NCBI RefSeq assembly: GCF_009914755.1
Contig: NC_060939.1
Reading direction: 5' to 3' (one strand)
DNA from: the human T2T-CHM13v2.0 reference genome, Homo sapiens
Length of the DNA stretch: 64,000 bases
Below are positions 55,190 to 64,000 of this stretch, in pieces. The notes below the pieces were generated by a model. The model was not told the origin of the DNA. It searched no databases and saw nothing but the letters and a program-made list of their open reading frames with translations. The stretch's first letter is position 1, and each line of letters starts with the position of its first letter. The position numbers were made by a program, and so were the translations under genes.

Positions 55190-56180
55190 GAGGTGCCTGG
55201 GCAAGGGGCTGGAGACAACTGGAAGAGAGACACAATGCCTGTCCTCAAGGAGATGACTTCTTCAAAGAAAGAGAGGGCAGACAAATTCATCTTTATAATG
55301 GTTAAAGAGAAGCACGCCTGGCTTGCCTTGTGTTTGGCAGGGTGGGGGGCACGCATGCCTGCCCATTTGCGTGTGTCTCTAGTCAGTGTGAGGTTATGGC
55401 AGGAAAGGCAGGGTTGTCTTAAACAGGCTTTAACTGTAAGGATATGGGCACTGTACGCAATGAGAGTATCTCATACAACTAGACCAGCAGCCTGGAGGTT
55501 GGGGACATTCACACCACTTGAGCCCCTAGCATATTCCAAAGGGAGTGGGGCTTGGAGATCAGACTGCAAGATAAAAGTGCGACGGAGAGGAGGCAGGCCT
55601 CAATGCTGCAGGACTGGGCCTGGACTTGCTCTCTGCAGGGTTTCTTAATTTTCTGTTTAGAGAGTGGTCTGGTTAGTTCTGCATCTTAGAAAGGTCCCTC
55701 TGGCCACCATAGAAAAGCGGGATCAAAGCCAGTGAGACCTAAGGCAGAGGAGTCAGTGAAAGAGTCCAAAACAATTGTTCCAAAAAGAGGCCACTGGGGC
55801 CTGAGTATCGGGAGCACTGAGGCCCAGCTTTGCCCTCGTCAGTCCTGCAAGACACACTGATCAGTTAGATGGGAGACTAGAGGGGAGAGATGAACTGAGG
55901 GTGACTCCTGGTTTCTGTCTTAAATGTCAGGGAATAATAGCAGATAAAGAATGTATATGTGTGTTGCGGGTGGAGTGGGGCAAAGAGGATGCTAACTCTT
56001 CATGAATAGCCAGAAGATGAATTTAGAAGTCCCTGGATATGCCCATCACGAGCTTAGGTGAGATGTTAGGGATTCTAGGTCCAGATTTGGGAGACAGAAG
56101 AACGGACAAGGTTGCCCAGGATTTTGCAAAGGATAGAAACTCCAGGGAGCATATCTTCTCAAGTAGCAGAAGGCTCAAAA
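55190..56180 (-). mobile_element. L2 fragments
   Basis: CCTGTCCTCAAGGAG, TTAGAAAGGTCCCTCTGGC and GAGGGTGACTCCTGGTTTCTG resemble antisense L2. Confidence 0.55.
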
Positions 56181-56448
56181 AATTTCAGTTATCTCAAAGG
56201 GGCAAATGTGCTGCAAGATGTAGAAGGCAGCAGAAGGCTGAATTGGGGACCTTCTTGACAGCCCTCTCTGCCCAAGGTCCTGTCAGGTCAGCTGAGCCTG
56301 CTTGTATGGCCCTTGAAGCTCAGTGATCAAATGAGCACAAAGGAGATAATAACTAACAGCTAGTTTATAAGGATGAAGAGAAATTTGCATACAGTATATA
56401 CAAAGTGCTTAGTACATAACTGGTGCTTGAAAACAGGCATTATATTTT

Positions 56449-56494
56449 CGTGTGTGTGTGCGTGGTGTGTATGTGTGTGTGTGTGTGGTGTGTA
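56449..56494. repeat. (TG)n microsatellite
   Basis: Directly visible. Confidence 0.92.
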
Positions 56495-57671
56495 TGGGTG
56501 AGAATGGATAAGCCCCCTTTTTCCCCTTCTTTCTGATCCATGGGAGACTCAGCGTTTTGTTCTGACTGGTGCAAAAGGCAATGAAGAGTGGAGAACAACA
56601 GGGCAAATTGTCCAAGCATAACTCTGCTGTGGTTCATAGAGGAAGTAATGAGTGGGCAGGAGCACAGCTAAAGACTGCGCTCCCCCGACCCCTGCCTGGT
56701 TCCAGAGCCTCAGGGCCCCGCAGCAGAGGGGCTGTGAGGGGAATTCAGCAGGGAGGTTCCTTTTCCCTTCCCAGGTTCAAAGATTAGAGCACATTGTGAG
56801 AGATCTACCAATAAAACTGAAAACAGCACGCTGATGATACTTCTGTCTTGCAAGGAGGAGGTAGGCAGAACCATCCTAGGTTTTTTTTTCTAGGAAAATC
56901 TATACCTAAGATTAAGAAAAAGCCAAACAATAAAGTGTGTTTATGAATTTATCAAGAAAACAGAGCCTGTCCCCCGCAAACACCAGGGCTGTTGATAGAT
57001 TTAATAGATACAAAAGTGGGTTCTTAAGAGATTGAGCAGAGGGACATTAAGGTGCTCCACGAGGATCTTTAAAATTCATTTGTTCCAAAGAAGCAGACAC
57101 TGTCTCTTACACCAGCATCACTACTGGGAGCATCCTTAGTTAGAACTGACAGCCATGGAATTAAGTAAGAAGCACAAAAGACCAACCCCTAAGAGGAAGT
57201 AGCTATACAAAAGAATTTTCACGAACACTTCCAAAAAAAAAAAAGTAACTTCTTTGCTTGATGAGGCTGATCAAGATAAAAGATTCACTAAATTAGTACA
57301 GTTTCTACAAAAGGCCATAAGAGACACAATAGATGAGGGAAAAAAAAGAAATTTAAATCAGGCTTGGGTTATGCCAAATAGAGACTGTCTAATTAAACAA
57401 AGAAATAAGATGAAGTTAATGTACAGGAACTTTTCCTCATATAGGAGGAAAATAAAGCCTGACAGTTTAAGTAGGAAAGTTTATGATCATTTTTAAAGGA
57501 AGATAAGAAAGGCTAAAGACAGAAGATTATTTGATATCAGACAGTTTATTCATTTGCACGTAGACAGATATTCTTTCTTAACACGAAGCATGAAATCTTA
57601 TGGCCATGAAGCTTCAGGGCCCAGGCATGGAGAGTCAGTTTACAGCTACAAAGACATTTAACAAATCAGTT

Positions 57672-58085
57672 GGATGAAGATTGCTAGTTGCCCACAAAAA
57701 TCTATCCTTCCCTACTTCTGGGTCATATGGATAAACCACATTTCCTTGCCTCCCTTGCAGTTAGATGTGGTCATATGACTGACTTATGGCCAAAGAATAT
57801 GAGAAGAAGTAATGTGTGCCATTTCCCAGCCTGGGCCTTGGGTCGTTGCCTCCTCCATGCCTCTATCTCCTTCCTGCTGGCTGGAACTCAGTAGGGGCTG
57901 TGACCTATCTTCAACTGGAAACTCCCCACAGAAGGAGCCTGAGTCCCTGAATGACTCTGTGGAACAGGGAACTTCCACCAACCTGGACTACTCATCTTCG
58001 AGTTGAATGTAAAAGAGAAACAAGCTTTTATGGTCTTTAAGCAACTATTTTAGGTCTTCTTGTTTCTATATCTTTGTCTTCCCCT
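57672..58085 (+). mobile_element. Old ERVL/MaLR LTR (LTR16-like)
   Basis: CACATTTCC..GCCTCCCTTGCAGTTAGATGTGGTCATATGACT and AAGGAGCCTGAGTCCCTGAATGAC motifs. Confidence 0.75.
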
Positions 58086-58119
58086 GAACTGTGTACCAAG
58101 AAACAAAAGATGCTTTCGA

Positions 58120-58830
58120 AACTATGTATTGAGAAGTTACTATGTCCTCAGCCTTGGTGTAAGCACTGAACAATTACTCGATGCTAAATGAGACCTTAAC
58201 AATGGAAGGGATATGCACATAAATTATTTGTTCCAGTGTAAACATTGCCTTATTCTAGATCCACACAGACACAGTGAATACAAAGAGTGGGCATCTCATA
58301 CTGCTTGGAAGAAGAGAGGGAAGAACCAATATGGTAATGGCATGTGAGTTGAGCCTAAGAACAGAGGTCTTCTGGACAGAAAAGAGGGAAGGAGGAAGGA
58401 AACAAAGGAGAAGAAACCCCTTAGTGTGTAGATAGGACGATGCAGCCATCAGTAGGGTGAATGGCTAGAGGTGCTGGAGAGAGCCAGGAAGACATTTGAG
58501 AGCCAGAATGTGAAGATAATTATTTGGACTTCACCCTGCAGGACAATAAAAAGCCTGCTGAGGTTTAAAATGAGCACTTGATAAGGCCATATTTGTGCAC
58601 TACAAAGGGCCTACTAGAGGGTATGTGCAGAATGGAGCAGAGTGGAGAGAGACCAAGACAGGGAGCCCAGTGAGGAAGTGCTCGCTAAGCCCAAATAGCT
58701 CTAGTGGACACCTGAACAGGAAGGTAACACGAGACTGGAGAGGAAGGGGCAGTGTGGAGAGACCTTTCAGAGTGGAGGAGTGTGGAACCTGGCAACGACT
58801 GAATGGGCGTGCTAATGACCAAGTCACCTG
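58120..58830 (-). mobile_element. L2 fragments
   Basis: TTTGGACTTCACCCTGCAGGACAAT...GGGAGCCCAGTGAGGAAG. Confidence 0.55.
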
Positions 58831-60137
58831 CTCACGGTGGCTCTCACAGCGAGCTCTAGATTGTGAAAGCCACTTCTGAAAGAATCAATTCACATTCCCT
58901 CTCCCTCTCTCTACAGCCAACAGCAGTCCCTTCTAAGCAGACCGTCACGTCACTCCTAGGCCATTTCCTCCTACCCACCCCAACCGTCTACCTACCCAAG
59001 AGTCTTCAAGAGCCATCCCACACTAAATCTGCTCCTCTCTTAATATCATGGGCATGTCTTGCCATACCTTCTAGATCCTATACCTTGCCCTCCTACAGCT
59101 GAGGATCAACCATGTTTGGCTTCCAGAATGAAAGATTATAGTTGAAAAAGAAACAGAGAAGCATTTCCAAATGAAAAGAAGAGATGATGAAAAGCGTGAA
59201 AAACCAGAAGAACATTATCAGGATGAACCTGAGCTAGTCCTGGAACATCTTCAGGCCTCAGGTTTGTAAAAGGAACAGATTGTACTAGATATTTTCTAAT
59301 AGTCCATAAGGCCCTCATAAAACTAAAGAATGAATTATTCTAGAACGATGAAAAAATAATTGTGCACATATTTTGTATTATAAAATAACAACAATGTCTA
59401 GATTTCAGATACAACCAAATTAACTTTGTAAAACTACCTAACTGAATCACAAATTAAATGAGCTAAGAAATGGAAAAGTTATATGAGTGCATGTTTTTAG
59501 GGCCTAAACAAACACAATAGTTTAAGATTTGGAGTCATTTACTAGGAGTCAGTGTAGAATGTGGATTTAAATTAACAATAATTGCTACTCTAAAAGAAGA
59601 AATAATAATTCTGGTAACCAGAAAGGACATATAAAATTAATACTAATAATTACAGAGGAATTACTTAATTATCTGACTTGTGGAGAGAATAAAATCAGAT
59701 GCTATTAAATAGAATTGAACTTTATATTACTTTGTTCTTATATGTCAGTCAAAAGGATATTTTAGAACAAAGAAGCAGTGTTGAATTGACACATTATATA
59801 AGATGATGGTTAGCTAAAATAATTATCTGAACTAATTAATTTAATTTAGTTTATTGTAGCCTTGGTTCAGAGAGGTACAAAAATTGTAAAATATTTAAGG
59901 ACTTTATACAGTGAGGCAAATATTAAGGAAATCAAGACTGTTTTCATGAATGTGAAAGCAAATATGCCAATAGAATTTATGATATAGCTGTTATTACAAA
60001 GTTCCATATGATAGTGAGCATTTCTCAAATCTTTTGAAAATGGTTTTTGCCTAAAGATTGAAAAATATTATCTAGAGAGCTATTTAAGTACAAGAAGATA
60101 GTAATAATGCTAGAGAGAATTACAGTATAAGTAGATA

Positions 60138-60372
60138 GTAATAATAACACAATTACTGAGCACTATATGTCTGGCACTCTTCTAAGTATCTTCGCGGGGT
60201 TAATTCATTCAATCATTGTAGCAATACTAGGAGATTGGGACTATAACTCCCCCATTTTGCAGGTAAAAAAACTGAGGCACAGGGAGACTAAAGATAATAT
60301 AGATGGTAAATATCTAAGCCCGAATTGGAAGCCTAGCACTCTGCTTCCAGGCCCAGTGTTCTAATCACTATC
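60138..60372 (-). mobile_element. MIR, near full length
   Basis: TTACTGAGCACTATATGTCTGGCACT...CCCCATTTTGCAGGTAAAAAAACTGAGGCACAG. Confidence 0.85.
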
Positions 60373-61544
60373 CTTGGCATCAATCTGAATAACTTGTAAT
60401 TCACTGGTCCATAGAGAATTCATGCCCAAGTCTCCTGATGGCTGCTAGAAAATCAGGGATTGAAGAGAGCCAGTGGGGAGGAAGAGCCTTCACTGAAACC
60501 ATCTTGAGTACCTCTGGGAAAACAAGTGCGAGTTGGTGGCATCAACGCCTTCTAAAGATCAGGGTCAGCATTTCAGACCTTCAGGTTTCCATCAGTGATG
60601 TGGGATACAGAGAGGTTATTTTAGGATAATCAAATATTTCAATTGGCTTTGCTGGAGCCACGGTTATTGCCACCAAAACTTGCATAGGTGACCATGAACA
60701 GGGATATTACTCACAACAAGCCAAAGAAGACAGTCTGAGGTTCCCACAGCCCTAACTCTTGATAACTCAGTAGGCACCCAGAGTATGTTCATCTTGTCCT
60801 TAGGAAAGAAACATAACTTATCCCTTATGTTTCTAGTGACAGGATAATTTATTGTCCAAATCAGGCATTTTTGAGATGGAAAGGGGACACTATTAATAAC
60901 GACTTCACGGAGGGAAAAAAGACAAAAACAAGCCTTGCCCCACACAAACAAGGAGGTATTGCCACACTATTCACTTCGTTCTTTTTCCTCTGTGTTACAA
61001 AGCATTATGTCTTTTTTTTTCTCCAGTTTTGCAGTCCTTAAATGCAGTTTAAATATTTTCCATGGAGACAGAGACATGGTTATGACCATGAGTCAACGAA
61101 ATCATTTCTTAATGGCAGATAATGATGGAACCGCACAGCCAGAAAATAATGTCCTCTCGGGTCACACTGAGCCTTCCAGTGGAGCTGGGGTCACGCAGCT
61201 GGGGTCACCCTCTGGGTTAACCCTTCAGAATTACATTCATTGAAAGGCCACCTGGAAAAAGCCTGAGAAGTTGTCCGCTTACCAAATCTCTAAGTGGCTA
61301 AAGAGACTTATTTAGATGGTGGCAAATAACTAGTTTTTTTTATTTTCCCATAGGATTTGCTGGATATATCAATTTAGAGAATTTTGAGAATTTATTACTC
61401 AGGGCTCTGCAGAGCTAGTTGGCATGTGCCATACATGCATTAATTCATTCATTCTCTCACTGATACATGTTTTTAAACCAAAATGTATCATAACTGGAAG
61501 TCAATTCTTCCTTTTACCCATGCAAATACTCAATCTAAATTACT

Positions 61545-62760
61545 CCTTTATTCATTTCTTTATTCATCCCAATTGTTTGGATTTCTATGTGCCAAGCACT
61601 ATGCTAATTGCTGAGGGGTGAATCAATTAAATCAGACATCATTTCTATGCTCATGGAACTTGCAAAAACAGAAAAATTAAACAATCAAAAATTGAAATAA
61701 GTTCTATGAAACAAACAAAATAAATATATAAGATGCTGAGTTGGGAATTAACAGGGAAGATGTTTTATTCTTTTGTTTATTCTTCAAATTTGTAGCGAGT
61801 GTCTACTAGGTGCCAACAACCTTTATAGGCTTGTAAGCAGTGAGATCACTGTGGTTAAAAATACAAAGGGTTATGGTTCCTACTTCATAGGGAGAACAGT
61901 CGGCTGATGAGGGCAGGTAAACAGCAAGTAAATGAGCACAGGGACAATTAAAAATTGCAATAAATGCTATTAAGGAAACCAAAGGCATTAAGCAATAGTG
62001 TAGGAGTCAGCAAACTATGGATCCCCAGAACCACATCCAGCTTACTTGCTCCCTGATTTTGTAAATAAAGTTTTATTGAAACACAGTCATGCCTAAGCAT
62101 TTTGTTTTGCCTACAGCTGCTTTTAATGTGCAACTGAAGGGTAAAATAGTTGCAACAGAGACCCTGTGGCCTACAAAACTTACAATTTTTATTATCTGGC
62201 CCTTTAGTGAAAAAGTTTGTTGGTCCGCGCAAAAGAGAATAATAACTGATGACAGATGGAAAGAGGAGAACACTTTATTTAAATAGAAGACTCAGGGAAT
62301 ATTGCTTTGCAGGTATGACATTTAACCAAAGGCCGGAAAGAGGAGGAACTGGTCACAGGAATCGACGAAAGAATAGCTCCCCATCAGAGAAAATTACAGC
62401 AGCAAAAGGCCCTCAAGCCAGAGGCCAAGAAACTGAAAGAAGCCTTGTGTAGCTCTGGTGTGGTGAAAGAGGGAGGGACGACAAGGCCGGGCTGAAGAGG
62501 TAGGCAGGTGCCAGGTTCTGGAGGCATTGGAGTTGGTGATAAAAAGATTGGATTGCATTCTGAAAGCAGTAGGAGAACGTAGACAGGTTTTACATAGAGG
62601 GGTAATGCAATTTGTTCGGAATTATAAAATATGACTCTGACTGCTGGTCAGCACATGTAGTTGGAAAGGTGGAGGCTAAATGCTGGGAACATATTAGGAT
62701 GTAATATGTCCAAGTGAGGGCTACTGGAGACTTGGCTGATGAAGTGGCCATGAGACTGGG
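61545..62760 (-). mobile_element. L2 fragments, interrupted by MER58
   Basis: TTCATTTCTTTATTC...CTATGTGCCAAGCACTATGCTA; TTGGATTGCATTCTGAAAGCA. Confidence 0.7.
62001..62229 (+). mobile_element. MER58A (hAT-Charlie)
   Basis: GTCAGCAAACTATGG...TTTTGTAAATAAAGTTTTATTGAAACACAG...TATCTGGCCCTTTA..GAAAAAGTTTG. Confidence 0.9.
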
Positions 62761-63064
62761 GAAATCTGTTACATGGAAAGCATGTTGTTCCTGGGGCTTC
62801 AATACCATCAGTTTCTCAATCAGCAGGAGAGTGGGTTTCAGACTGTTAAGAACTGTCCTCTCAAACTTTCCTTGCTGCTTGAGAGAAACATGTAGAGCAC
62901 CACAGCTTCCAAGCCAGTCAGATGCTGAGTCTCACTTGAACTTCGTTGTCCACAAATGAGCTATGACATATGATAATTAGCCTTGACCAAGATACTATCA
63001 TTGTGATCAACTCAGAGCCTAAAGTATAGAGGGCTGGAGAGGCATAGCTACACATTGCTGGATG

Positions 63065-63520
63065 GCACTGACTTACTCTGAGTTTCCCCCAGAAAGCAGG
63101 ACCCGAGACAGGCCTTCCAGACCCCATATGTAGGAGCTAGGTGAGAAGATCATATGAGGGAACATTCTTGAGTGGGTCACTACGATGGGCACCAAAGTTC
63201 AATCCATCTGTGGTCATCAATCCATCATGGTCTATGCTCTGAAGGGCACAGAGAATGAGTCTGAGACTCAAGTGCAGAAGACAGTGTTATTCATCCTCTG
63301 GCTTCTGTACCTCCATGTTCAAGAGTTTGTTCATGGGATGATCTGAGTAATGCTTGAATAATCTCAACATGCCATCGGAGAAGCTTTGGCCCAGAAAGCA
63401 AGAGATTCCTGGAACAGCCAGGAGGAGGGTCTGTCAAGCTACAGCACCGTGAAGTTTTTGCCCCGGCAACAGCTCAAATAAAGGGAGTCTAAATCATGTG
63501 ATGAGAGGCAAACAGGTGTC
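63065..63520. mobile_element. Possible old ERVL-type LTR remnant
   Basis: TTCCCCCAGAAAGCAGGACCCGAGACA resembles LTR33/MLT1-type termini; highly diverged. Confidence 0.35.
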
Positions 63521-63574
63521 CAAGAAAAACCCTTTACTCACTAATGAAGCACTCTCTACACCCTCTCCCATTTG

Positions 63575-63745
63575 ACCTTCAAAAAGTTCTGTGAGGTCTT
63601 TATGTACATCTTAGCAAGTTGTAACATTCCCATTACAGAGATAAGCAAAGTGAGCCCCCAAGACATAATGAAAACAATGGCAGGGCCAGGACCAGCATCC
63701 ACACTTTTTTAACCTCTCAGCTAGTGCCCTTTGCGCTACACCTGC
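63575..63745 (-). mobile_element. MIR fragment
   Basis: CCCATTACAGAGATAAGCAAAGTGAG. Confidence 0.5.
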
Positions 63746-64000
63746 TACTTCTCCTAAATAACTGAACCAAAGGCCTAAGTGAGGAGAAACAAATTTCTGT
63801 AAGTGTGAGCGCAAAGCAAGAGAGAGGGAAGTTGATTTTGCCTGGAAAGGAACAATGTAGGAGGCCTCTTAATGAAGCCATCTTGTTTGAATGATCCAGT
63901 GTTTGGTAAACAAGTCCTTAATCATACCTTTGAGTATTGTATGTGCTTATAATAACGCCATCTCTCAGTTCCCCCTTTCCAGCCTGAGTAATCCCCATCT

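Noticed and set aside
59651-59858. Possible Tigger-like MITE (TACAG...TTGTA ends)
   Set aside because: The terminal repeats are too degenerate in AT-rich DNA to support by eye.

Overview
This is 64 kb of primate, almost certainly human, non-coding genomic DNA. It is AT-rich, CpG-depleted and dense in Alu, L1, L2, MIR, MaLR/ERV LTR and hAT (MER) repeats. I find no supportable protein-coding exon; the ORF track is explained by Alu/L1 translations, microsatellites and chance. The first ~1.1 kb is repeat-free and may be the end of a + strand 3' UTR (AATAAA at 1062); I cannot name the gene. The most unusual signals are structural: (i) a ~1.2 kb non-Alu inverted duplication at 51093-52323 with patchy near-perfect identity; (ii) a 72-nt pre-miRNA-sized hairpin at 19561-19632; (iii) a perfect 20-bp inverted repeat carrying two AP-1/MARE/ARE-type motifs at 43997-44046; (iv) a module with alternative hairpins at 14850-14990; (v) a twin-primed, inverted L1PA insertion inside an Alu; and (vi) a 170-bp tandem duplication. 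Repeat subfamily names come from recalled consensus features, not from a search. No novel system can be asserted from sequence alone.
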